Shown here piece after piece: positions 12,201 through 31,489 of a stretch of DNA of 64,000 nucleotides; the first letter of the stretch is position 1, and every line of letters starts with the position of its first letter. The DNA is from Hormiphora californensis (Eukaryota > Animalia > Ctenophora): the NCBI GenBank assembly GCA_020137815.1, contig CM035351.1:7502001-7566000 (forward strand), read 5' to 3'. The notes under the pieces are model-generated. The model was not told where the DNA came from. It ran no database searches and saw only the letters and a list, made by a program, of their open reading frames with translations. Position numbers and translations under genes: made by a program.

Positions 12201-14833
12201 ACTATAAAACAAAAAACATGTTTCCAGGATTTCATTAGTGTCATACGTTCCATAATCTCTGTCACACCGCCTCCCGAACAATGCATGGTGTGACACGGGG
12301 GGAGGGGGAGTTTCTTTTCAGGATACCCAGCTCGTGTTATAATTGTAAAGTAGAATTAGCATCTACTAGTTAGTAGATTGCGGCAATCTGATTGCCTTCT
12401 CGTGCAGCTGGCACAGTCCATGCTGGTACTATAAAACCTAGAGTTTCCCATCACTCAACAATACAAATCATCAACATGAAGTTTCTCATCGTTCTACTGT
12501 TCGCCCTTGCCTCCGCTAAGGATGATGGGCTCAAGGCCATTCTACAAAGCTCCACCAAGACCCTGGAGCTCTACAAGAAGTTCAAGGGAGAGCAGCACCT
12601 CCAGTTTGGCTCTGCCGAGGAAGGAATGAGGTTCAGGCTGTTCAAACTGAACGCCCATTTCGTAGCCAGTGAGAACGATGTTGAGGGAGAGACCGCCCAC
12701 TTCGCACTCAACATGTTCTCTACGATGACAGAGGCGGAGAAACAGCGATACCAGGGACTAAACGCCACTGGACACTCACCCAATCTTCCCAACCTGAGGA
12801 GCCGAAGGGCCGTTGTTCCTGACCAGAAACTCTGGATGAACGAGGGTAAGGTGACTGCTGTCAAGAACCAGGGTTCCTGTGGATCTTGCTGGACTTTTGG
12901 AGCGGTGGGAGGGTTGGAGACCAGATACGCCATTAAGAGTGGTGTCCTGAGGAACTTCGCCGAGCAGGAGTACCTGGACTGCGTGTATGAGGGACAGAAA
13001 GATGGTTGTAATGGAGGATGGCCAGATCATTGCTACACCCACTCAGCTGAAAACGGAAGGCTGGCTGCTACCTCTGACTACCCCTACGCTGCTTCTGACG
13101 GAGGATGCAATGTTGGTTCTACCCCTAACGCCCTTGTCGCTGCCAAGATCTCAGGATTTACCTCTGCTGGTTACGGAGAATCTGCGTGCATAGCCGCACT
13201 GGCTGAAGGATCCCTCTCCATGGCCATTGAGGTTACTACCCGGTTCCAGTCTTACTCCAGTGGGGTACTCCAGGACACCTCCTGCACTGGAAGCATCAAC
13301 CACGCTGTTACTGGAGTCGGGTACACTCCCGACTATGTCGTTGTAAAGAATTCTTGGGGAACCACCTGGGGAGACGGAGGATTTATCAAGATGACCAGGA
13401 ACCATCACAACTGTGACCTATGGAACTACGCTAGTTACCCTGATCTGACCACCACGGGAAGTAACAGATACCTTCTCCTGCCGATACCGCTACCAGCTAC
13501 GATCCCCTCCAAACTAACAGTGACGATGTGGCGGTGCCGTGTGAGAACTCGGTCAACGACTCCACTTGCAAGACTTACGATGACCAGTACGGGTATTGTG
13601 GTGAGGCCTGGTTTGTCCAGGACTACTGCAGGAAGTACTGCGGAGATTGCACTGACGAGGAGGGAGGTGATGATGATGGGGAGTGTGCTAGCGGTACTGT
13701 GAGGTGCGATGACTGGAGTCTGCAGACACGAGCACATGTGTTAAACTACTGATACTGAAAGTACCATTGTATTGTTAAAATGATTTTATTAGATCTGACT
13801 CACATTGATATGCTGGTTTTCATTTTTGAATCTGTGTTATTTCAGTATAACACTGCTGCAGAGCCTCGTTCAGATCCTGTATCTCAGCCTCGTCGGAGAT
13901 ATGTTGCAACCTCAGTGAGTTGTACTTTTCTCGCCATGTCTGGAAAACAAAGTCGTAAATGGAAGAGGGCCTAATAGACAAAGCTAGTGTATGTATGGAG
14001 AAATAATTATATTCGGTTGAGCTGGTAAAATCAACCTCAGGATCATCGTCGGGAGGCGCAGAAAAAGATTCCTCAAGCTGCTGAGCAATAGAAGGTCGAC
14101 CAGAAGAGGGAGGTTCATCTAGCATTCGGTCCTGAGCAGAGCTAGTAAACTCATCTTGTTCAGCTGATTTGCTTGGCACTCGCTTGCCTGGTACAAGTTT
14201 AACAATTGATAGATTCGGATTGACTGGTCAGCATGAACGAAGGGATTGGTAAAGCTGATAGCACAATCAAATGATGACTTACTAGCGTGAGCGTTTACCA
14301 GGCCCTCAATATCTTGTATAACTTCGTAAATAAAGTGTTGCTTCTCCGTGGATAGGGTCTGGATGTAGTCGATAGTCTCCTTCTGCCGAGGACAGCTGGA
14401 AGAAAAATATATTGTCTAATACGATATATTATTGTTTGGTAATAAGATATTTAGTTACCTAGCGGTACAGGAGAGATAGAGAAGAATTTTAAACTGATAA
14501 TCAGCATTTCTCCTAGTATACTCGTTCAGCTCAACTTTATCCTTCAACTTCTCAGATATGTATTCGTTGACATCATCAACTGAATCTGAAAATTAATAAA
14601 TTTAAACGGTGACATAGCTCTTGATCCCCAAAGTGGGAACAAAGCTCTGCCTTTTTGAAGCTTTCATGTCACCTCATGCAAGTAGTCAGTTGGTAAGACT
14701 AACCTGGTGCAGTTGTATCAAACATGGAGTGAAAGATGTGCACGAAATCACTGTACAATATCTCCTCTCTCCCAGACATATTGATGAAAAGGGAGGCCCA
14801 TGTCTTCGAGATTTCCGCTTCAAGTTCGGCCAT
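9287..14833 (-). CDS. Hook/CCDC88/NuMA-like protein: N-terminal hook-like domain, long coiled coil, basic S/T-P-rich tail (multi-exon, several indels; ends approximate)
   Basis: Exons near 14.3-14.6 kb read KILLYLSCTASCPRQKETIDYIQTLSTEKQHFIYEVIQDI, resembling the hook-domain end; central heptad-rich exons (DGEIATLNKKVAQLEAINEQ, KSTLEAMITSLREELA); C-terminal SP/TP-rich exons; GT-AG junctions throughout. Confidence 0.55.
12430..12436 (+). promoter_or_regulatory. TATA box of the cathepsin gene
   Basis: TATAAAA about 40 nt upstream of ATG 12476. Confidence 0.6.
12476..13744 (+). CDS. Intronless papain-family (C1A) cathepsin-L-like protease with C-terminal ShKT-like and short Cys-rich modules; nested antisense in intron 11937-13803 of the Hook-like gene
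   Basis: Signal peptide MKFLIVLLFALASA; ERFNIN-like prodomain; QGSCGSCW, NHAV, KNSWG catalytic triad. After a frameshift near 13460: CENSVNDSTCKTYDDQYGYCGEAWFVQDYCRKYCGDC (ShKT cysteine spacing), then CASGTVRCDD(G)VCRHEHMC* with a second indel. Confidence 0.92.
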
Positions 14834-15232
14834 TTTTGTGTGCCACTTTTGACTTTAGACTTGTGAATGAAACATTAATCAGCTAGACTGCGCAGTGCGC
14901 TACAAAGATAGGTTATTTCTGACTGCATTTGACGGCTCAAACATGAAACACGTTCACAAAATATGTTACTTAAAATATAATTACTGGATTACCACTACGT
15001 GTACCGGCAGCCGGCTCAATCTTCTCTCAATCACCGATATTACACACAAATTTCAAGCGACTAGCGAGTTTTTAAATGGCTCACAGCTACATGCTGCTCC
15101 ACCGCAGCGCTTTTCCGGGCTCAAGCAAGCCGGTAAATCGAAAAAAACAGGGGTTCAGGCACAATTTTGAATTTTTTCAAAAAAAAAGTTTCGAAAAGGT
15201 TGGCAAACGTTGCTGGCCCCCGGGATAAGGCA

Positions 15233-15481
15233 GGCCAGCGTTAAAATCTGGGTGTTTTGGGAGTGCTGACAAACGGTTTTTTAGGGTTAGGGCTAAAGTA
15301 GGGTTAGGGTTAGGGTTGGGGTTTGGGTTGGGGTTAGGCCTTGACATTCCCTACCAGATAAACTTTGAATCAGCCAAAACGGTTGAGTGGTTTGGCGGTT
15401 AGAGCCATTTTAGTGAATCAACTTTTTTGGCAGCGCGCACCTGTAAACAGGCCTCCAAACACCCAGATCGTAACGGCGCCC
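15233..15481. mobile_element. MULE-like MITE with internal (TTAGGG)n
   Basis: 9-bp TSD GATAAGGCA (15224-15232, 15482-15490); TIRs GGCCAGCGTTAAAATCTGGGTGTTTTGG / CCAAACACCCAGATCGTAACGGCGCCC. Confidence 0.75.
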
Positions 15482-15556
15482 GATAAGGCAGCGCTTTTCA
15501 ATCGAAAAGGTTGAATCTTTTTTTATAGTTAGGGGTAATAACACCGAATATCGCCT

Positions 15557-16828
15557 TGACTGGGAAAAAATTTGTGTCAAGCTGATTTCTTCACTAACGT
15601 GTCCCAATGGGTCCCCTCTAGCCCTCCTGAGTTTTTTCAAACTCAGGATGGAGTGCAACATGTTCATTTCCGGGTTTACTTTTTACCTGCATTTCTAGCC
15701 TGAGGCCAAAAACGTAACTACCCTTAAGAAAGGAGTAGAGAAAAAATCGAGGACACTAGAGTGATCAGCGTCGTCGCATTAGTGGGGGTAAGTGCCGGAA
15801 TTAAGTCTCTATCTCATCTGGTTAATTAGATAATTGGATAATTAGGTCTGCACACAACCGTTTGTTGGCTATATGGCTATAGCCACTTAGGAAAGGAGTA
15901 GAGACAAAACCGAGGGCACTAAAATGATCAGCGTCCTCGAATTAGTGGGGGTAGGTGCTGAAATTAAGTCTATCTCATCTGGTTAATTAGATAATTGGAT
16001 AATTAGGTTTGCGCATAACCGTTTTTTGGCTAATATGGCTATAGCCACTTAGGAAGGGTTTAGAGACTTTTCATTGGTGCCATTTTGTAGGCAAGGCCAA
16101 ATTATGGGGTGTCGACGCCGGACTTTTAAGCTCTATCTTCAACCGTTTAGCCGTTATTTGGCTTTTAAGATGCTCAAAATGAGCAAAATACGGTAAAAAG
16201 CCCGATTTTGAACACCGTTAAAGCCAAATAACGGCTAAACGGTTGAAGATAGGGCTTAAAAGTCCGACGTGGACCCCCCATAATTTGGCCTTGCCTACAA
16301 AATGGCACCAATGAAAAGTCTCTAAACCCTTCCTAAGTGGCTATAGCCATATTAGCCAAAAAACGGTTATGCGCAAACCTAATTATCCAATTATCTAATT
16401 AACCAGATGAGATAGACTTAATTTCAGCACCTACCCCCACTAATTCGAGGACGCTGATCATTTTAGTGCCCTCGGTTTTGTCTCTACTCCTTTCCTAAGT
16501 GGCTATAGCCATATAGCCAACAAACGGTTGTGTGCAGACCTAATTATCCAATTATCTAATTAACCAGATGAGATAGAGACTTAATTCCGGCACTTACCCC
16601 CACTAATGCGACGACGCTGATCACTCTAGTGTCCTCGATTTTTTCTCTACTCCTTTCTTAAGGGTAGTTACGTTTTTGGCCTCAGGCTAGAAATGCAGGT
16701 AAAAAGTAAACCCGGAAATGAACATGTTGCACTCCATCCTGAGTTTGAAAAAACTCAGGAGGGCTAGAGGGGACCCATTGGGACACGTTAGTGAAGAAAT
16801 CAGCTTGACACAAATTTTTTCCCAGTCA
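15557..16828. repeat. Large palindrome / foldback-like element (~610-bp arms, ~55-bp spacer)
   Basis: 15557-~16165 is the reverse complement of ~16220-16828 with only a few mismatches near the centre; each arm contains a diverged ~160-bp tandem duplication. Confidence 0.9.
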
Positions 16829-18754
16829 CCCGACTACTGCCCTTAACTATTAAAGTACGTTTCAAACGACTTGACCTGAGATTCCTGGAAATTCAGGATT
16901 TCCCCTTTGTAAAACCCTCCTTCCTTAAGGGTTAGATAATTGACGTTTTTTGGCCCTAAAAGGCTTAGGAAAAAAAAAAAAAAAAAAAAAAAACGCACGT
17001 GGGACATTTCCCAGCTTCCGCGTTGAATCAGGACCTAATTCAGTTCATTGGGGATTGTGAGCATCCCTGCACGCCTTAAATGTAATAACACCACTGAATT
17101 CTAAGGATTCACTTGAACTAAGGGGAACATTCTAAGAAACAGTCCAAAGTTTCTGTAGGCTTCACAAAGCTCTAATTCCAAATTGATTTCCCCTCCGCCA
17201 ATCCAATTAAATTGGGTACTTAATCATTGATTTCATGACCAAAGTCTTGAAGAAATCCAACTGTTAACTTCGGACCCTTTCAACCATGTATTGAAACTCT
17301 CAAGGTTTTAAACCCAGAAATGTTAAACGTTCGTGATACCTATCGACGATAATTAGAGTCTAACCATGCCATTTAAGCAGCACTTGTAGGGAATCGCAGT
17401 GACAGCTCCGTTTCTTTAGTAACTGCACATGCCGTCCGATTTCAATTCCGTTGACATCAATTGGGAAAGCGGTGCTCAACGGAATCGTCAAGATGCGATT
17501 TGAACTTCTGCTCACAGCGATCGCAATTATCAGATAGAGAGTGTGTTGTACCATCTCGCGAAATCCTGGAGTGAGGGAAATTGTGAAGAGAGATTCAGTT
17601 GAACCAGGTGTCTAACAGACTGTCAAATTGTCTTATCCGGACTCCTGAATTCACAAATGTCTTAGTACTTTGTCTCAAAGGCTGAGTTCAAAGAGAACAG
17701 AAACATTCGTATACTGGAACTGAGCGATGAATTAGTCTATCTCACACTTTCACTTCAGCTATCTTAATAGCTGCACATGGACAGTTGCCTCTGATCTAGA
17801 TTAAATGGACAAGATATCGTAATTTTGGTAACCTAACTCATTCAAGGCCGATGAGTCCGAATTTGACGATGGCAAACTAAAATGTAAGGTTTGTAGAAGG
17901 TATGCCATCCTAGTGGTATTGGACTAGTCTGGTGTGAGGTCAGACCTGCAAGAGATTTAAACATAGTCTAATATTCAAGATGACTTATGAAAAGTTTACC
18001 CTCTCATCTCTCTGAATTTTCACCTCGACATCTTCTTATTTCAATTTGTTCCTGTGTGAAGCCTCTACAAGACAATCGTTAGTACTACTCTCTACATCTG
18101 AGAGTGATCCATGCAGGTCATAATCTCGTTTAATCGCCATCTCCATATCTCTACGTCAACTCTCGTGGGATACAGACCTCAGGATGTCTGCTACCATACC
18201 TCCTGGAATCAGAATCAGAATTGGTGAAATTTCCTCTATAGTGCCTTCGACTGATTGTCACGCAGTACTTATGTACATTCGTTCTAGTGGTAGAAGTGTC
18301 CTTCTTACTGTCTCACCATCCTCATGACAGTGTTCTTAGAAATCTATGCACTCGTATCAGGCGGATGTGCTGAGCAGGTGTCTATCGTTCATCGATGGTA
18401 TCCTGAGCCCTCCTAATAATTTGTCACCCGCAGACTATTCAAGTAAAACTATGAGATGTCTCCTCCTCTTCTATGCGTCGTGACAGGTCATCTAGTCGAT
18501 CCTATGTCATCCGTACATGTTCTGTCTGAGTTCTCTCACCTAACTCTGTTCTCAACACATCTCATGATCAGGGGCTTACAGTCTCCTCTTCGTCCTCGTC
18601 ACTCTCCTTTCTCTCTCTCTCACAATCAGATCCTCTTCGCGATCTCACGATCTCTGCTCTCTCTCTCTCGTCCTCTCTCTATCGGTTCTCGATCCCTCGT
18701 CTCTCCTCTCGTCTTCTCTCAGTCTCTCTCTCCTCGTCGTCTCGTCCTCTCTCT

Positions 18755-19579
18755 CATCTCTCCATCTCTCCATCTCTCCATCTCTCCATCTCTCCATCTC
18801 TCCATCTCTCCATCTCTCCATCTCTCCATCTCTCCATCTCTCCATCTCTCCATCTCTCCATCTCTCCATCTCTCCATCTCTCCATCTCTCCATCTCTCCA
18901 TCTCTCCATCTCTCCATCTCTCCATCTCTCCATCTCTCCATCTCTCCATCTCTCCATCTCTCCATCTCTCCATCTCTCCATCTCTCCATCTCTCCATCTC
19001 TCCATCTCTCCATCTCTCCATCTCTCCATCTCTCCATCTCTCCATCTCTCCATCTCTCCATCTCTCCATCTCTCCATCTCTCCATCTCTCCATCTCTCCA
19101 TCTCTCCATCTCTCCATCTCTCCATCTCTCCATCTCTCCATCTCTCCATCTCTCCATCTCTCCATCTCTCCATCTCTCCATCTCTCCATCTCTCCATCTC
19201 TCCATCTCTCCATCTCTCCATCTCTCCATCTCTCCATCTCTCCATCTCTCCATCTCTCCATCTCTCCATCTCTCCATCTCTCCATCTCTCCATCTCTCCA
19301 TCTCTCCATCTCTCCATCTCTCCATCTCTCCATCTCTCCATCTCTCCATCTCTCCATCTCTCCATCTCTCCATCTCTCCATCTCTCCATCTCTCCATCTC
19401 TCCATCTCTCCATCTCTCCATCTCTCCATCTCTCCATCTCTCCATCTCTCCATCTCTCCATCTCTCCATCTCTCCATCTCTCCATCTCTCCATCTCTCCA
19501 TCTCTCCATCTCTCCATCTCTCCATCTCTCCATCTCTCCATCTCTCCATCTCTCCATCTCTCCATCTCTCCATCTCCAT
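18755..19579. repeat. (CATCTCTC)n octamer tandem repeat, about 100 copies
   Basis: Perfect 8-bp periodicity over ~820 bp. Confidence 0.98.
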
Positions 19580-19788
19580 AGTCCATAGTCCATCTCCATC
19601 TCCATATCCATCTCTATCTCTAACAATTCTCCCTCCCTAATCACGGCGGAGTAACTTTTCAGCTACTATAGTGTAACTTAGCCTACAGTGCAACAAGGTC
19701 GAACAAGGCAAGGCAGGGGGTGTGATTTGATCGATACTGGAACTGGTAAGAGATTATAGCAAGTAGCAACGTGTGATCTGAAACTTAC

Positions 19789-21883
19789 TCATGAGTGGTA
19801 AGTGCACTGCTATCTCCATCCCCGATATTAAAGAGCATCTCCAGCTCTGCATCGGATGGGGGCACTGGACAAGATTGGCATTCATTACAGTTAGTCGGAC
19901 CCTATTCTTGCATTGTCGTAGTAGGCTGCCTGTTCGAATGATAGGCCACTAACGGGGACATCGTTTATTGCAGGGACAACGTCACCCGACCGGAGACGGC
20001 CATCTTGGTATATTAGACCTGGGGGAAGAGGTGAGGTCAGTCAAGACTAGAATCTGGTGAAGAGAGGATCTGGGATCAGGACCTGGTGATGGATATGTAA
20101 TCAATAAACCTGGGTTTATATGTAGCGGGTCACCCGCTAGGGTGATTCGCTGCACCATATACTGCCCGACCTGCGAAGCAGGGAGGGTGGTATATGGTAT
20201 AAAACCCTACCAAAGGGATGGGTTTATACTTTATATAAGCAAGGATTTATTGATTATAAGTTTTAGCGGCAAAAACATCCTTGCTTTTAATAGCGGGCGG
20301 GGTATATCAGTCAAATTTTCACCCGCTGACATTCATATAGGGAAATGGAAGGGAATTTGATAATTTGTTCAAGTGCTCACACTTGCACTCTATGTTCCAA
20401 AATCCCCCTCTAAACTATATACAGCGTGCACTAACCTGTTGACACGATATTCTTGACAGCAAGATGTTCCTCTTCATTTAGACAGAGCGTCATACCAAGC
20501 CTGGAATTATTTTCTCTCACAAACTCTACCACAAAGGGCCGATCCAAATATCTGTCCATCATATTGTACAGAGATGGTCGTGGTGTCGGGTAGATACACA
20601 GTGGTTTTACTAAACGATCTTCAACCTAGAGGATGATAGGGAGAGTTAATATTGTGCCTAGCTGTTAATAACTTTTTCATAGACATACAGTCGGACCCCG
20701 ATTTAGTGGCATCCTCGGGGAAAAAATCCTGCCACTAAATCGGGGGCCACTAAATCGGGGTCCGACTGTATTGCCAATCTCCCTCTTGTGACTTGACTAG
20801 ATGATAGACTTGACTAGATGATAGAATATGTAGGTCATAGGTGCCCAGTGGAAAACCCCAACGGGGCACCTACCTATTCTATAATCTAGTGTGTGATCAG
20901 GTTACATAGTACCAATGGTACCGTACCATTCGATCTAGTCTCTCTGTAGGGCCGTATCCTCACAGTTAGGAATCTTTTCTTAACATTTTTGTAGATTCTT
21001 AGTGCTCCCTCGTGAGACACAGGGACGGCACTCGTGGATGTCCGGGTGTCCGCGGACACCCAGGCCAAAAAGACGGAGAAAGAAAAGAAAAAATGGAAAA
21101 ACCAAAAAGAATGGTGCTCCAACGGCCACGGGCCAACCACAATTTACAATTACTACAGAAGGGCAATTCTTTATCTTGTGTTACCTGTTTGGAGGTGAGC
21201 ATCAGCAGCTGCAGCCTGCAGCCCCATCTGAATGTCTTTCTTTTATGTAGGGAAACGACGAATCAAAGGAGCTTTGTCTGAAGAGTAAAAACTAAAAACT
21301 GAATCGAAGAAACGATAAATTTGAGAAATCCACGCGCAGCCCAGCTGTTTTGTCAGCACTGTATATGCTTTCGGCGTGGGAAAAATGCGCGCAGCGTGAG
21401 AATTTCCCACGCTCGTGGGAATTACCGTAAGAGCTTCCACTAGATGTTTTTGTTTTTAACTGAACTTTCTGAAAATTTCAGAAAAACGGTGTATCCTGCT
21501 CTTTTTGAACGTTTTTGCACCAAGCCTCCACGTTCCTGCAGTGTCAGCGGAAAAAGATAGGTACAAGCATTATTTCCTATCGCAATTCGCTTCCTAAACA
21601 TGCTTTCTTCATCAGTCAGACCGGCAATTCCCCGTTTCTGTTTCTTTGAAGACTCCCAACAGCTAGAGCCCAGAATTCAGATGGGTACCACACGCATCCT
21701 ATTGGTTACCTAAACAGTATGCTAAGACGTCAGTTCTCGTTGTTTTTCCAACTGATAGGTCACCAAGCCTTCAAAAACATTGTACCAGTAACCAGGACCC
21801 AGGTAACAGGTTACAGGTACGGTGTAAGTAGCCGGCTAAAATGGGTTCTTCCTGGAAACTTTTATTTGATCGCCATTTGACAT
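19789..21883 (-). CDS. PDZ-domain protein (multi-exon, indel-ridden; ends uncertain)
   Basis: Exons ~20625-20435 and ~20018-19789 splice to VEFVRE..NSRLGMTLCLNEEEHLAVKNIVSTGLIYQDGRLRSGDVV.AINDVPVSGLSFEQAA..LRQCKNRVRLTV, a typical PDZ fold pattern. Confidence 0.65.
20103..20253. mobile_element. Hairpin-rich short non-autonomous repeat
   Basis: Multiple small GC hairpins (GCGGGTCACCCGC, CCTGCGAAGCAGG) between inverted ATAAACC/GGTTTAT ends; superfamily unknown. Confidence 0.35.
20688..20768. mobile_element. pogo/Tigger-like MITE (short copy)
   Basis: TA|CAGTCGGACCCCGATTTAGTGGC...GCCACTAAATCGGGGTCCGACTG|TA. Confidence 0.85.
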
Positions 21884-22132
21884 TTACACTTTCCTAGTCC
21901 AAATAATACCAGTGGTCTGAAATCGGAATTATTGTAGCGAGGATTGTTTTTACAGTTAGCTGCATTAGGAAACACTAATTACCACGAAAGAGAGGATCGA
22001 ATCATCAGATATTATCGTTGCCCATTCTTTAGCAGTCTTCTTGTCTCCATTCCATCCGAATTAATTGCTATCATTATAGCAAATCTATATTTTTTCTTCA
22101 ATCGCAAATACCTGATTACTTTTTCAGTCAGG

Positions 22133-22949
22133 ATGAGCTGCCGGAAGTTATCCTACACTCTAGCACTCATAAAACCTGATGTCTATGCTAACGCCATATC
22201 TCACCGTGCGATATTGAACCGAATTCAGCAAGAAAACTTTGTCGTTGCTAAGGAACGGGTACTAAAATGGAGCCAGACTGAGGTGTGTGTTGAGACAACA
22301 TGGTGTTGCCTTGCTCGGGGGTTTGAACAAAACAAGACCTGGTGTCTGGTGATGTTCACACCTTTGATTGTTGCTTTCACTGTGTGTCTTGTACTTGTTA
22401 AAACAGCATAGGTTTTAAACCGCTCTCTCGTGTCTCTGCATCAAACGTGTGATTGTTCACAGGCTGAGGAGTTTTATAAAGAGCACAGGGGCAAGTTTTT
22501 CTACCAGCGACTGGTAGAGTTCATGTCTTCGGGGGAGTTCCATGCGCTGGTTCTAGCTCACCCTAGTGAGCCTGCCATAACCAAGTGGAGATCAATGCTG
22601 GGTCTCACTAAATGTTACAAGGCAAGGGAGGCTCAACCTGACAGGTAGTTCTAATCGTCTACTAAATCTCATACCACTCCATCTGCATGCCATTTTGTCA
22701 CCCCACAGACAGAACACGTGGCACAAATCGCATAAAAATATTTATTAACAGGACATCGTCATAGCTAATCTCTCTATATATTGCAGTATTCGAGCCTTGT
22801 ATGGTCTTACTGACACAAGAAATGCGTGTCACGGATCGGACAGTAATGAGAGTTTCCTCAGCGAGTGTGGTGCCCTATTTGGTGATTGGACACCTCCTCC
22901 TCCAGATGATGGTGTTGTAGAAGATTCAGCTCCTTCTATGGGGAGATGA
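22133..22949 (+). CDS. NME6: Nucleoside diphosphate kinase 6 (3 exons)
   Basis: TLALIKPD; AEEFYKEHRGKFFYQRLVEFMSSG; WRSMLG; SIRALYGLTDTRNACHGSDS (catalytic His; LTDTRN is typical of NME6). Confidence 0.9.
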
Positions 22950-23304
22950 GAAATAAACTATTTATTAATGGTGTCGTCACGCTTCTTTTTAACCTATTTT
23001 TTTATATTTTAACTTCTCACGGGTTTTATATGGGTTCGCTTCCGTCCCCTCATGCAGCGACCTAACCACATGTTCACTGTGTGTTAATTGTTCTGTGTGT
23101 TGTTCTTCAAAATTGAAACTGACTTTCTAGCTGCATTTCCTTTTCTCTTTATACATATTAAATATCGTCTTCTTCTGCATCTTGTTACTATTTTTATTGC
23201 CACTGTGATTGTTATTTATCTCTCTCCCCTCTTCCGCATTAACACTGATCGCCCTCATGTATAGTTGCCCGTCCTTGGCACTATGACTAACCCGCCAGAA
23301 TGAT

Positions 23305-31489
<8,185 letters not shown>

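Noticed and set aside
16993-18750. Possible novel coding region
   Set aside because: No sustained frame or motif; looks like low-accuracy sequence between a palindrome and a satellite.
18456-19644. Long ORFs (SPSLHLSI / MERWRDGE repeats)
   Set aside because: Translations of the stop-free (CATCTCTC)n satellite.
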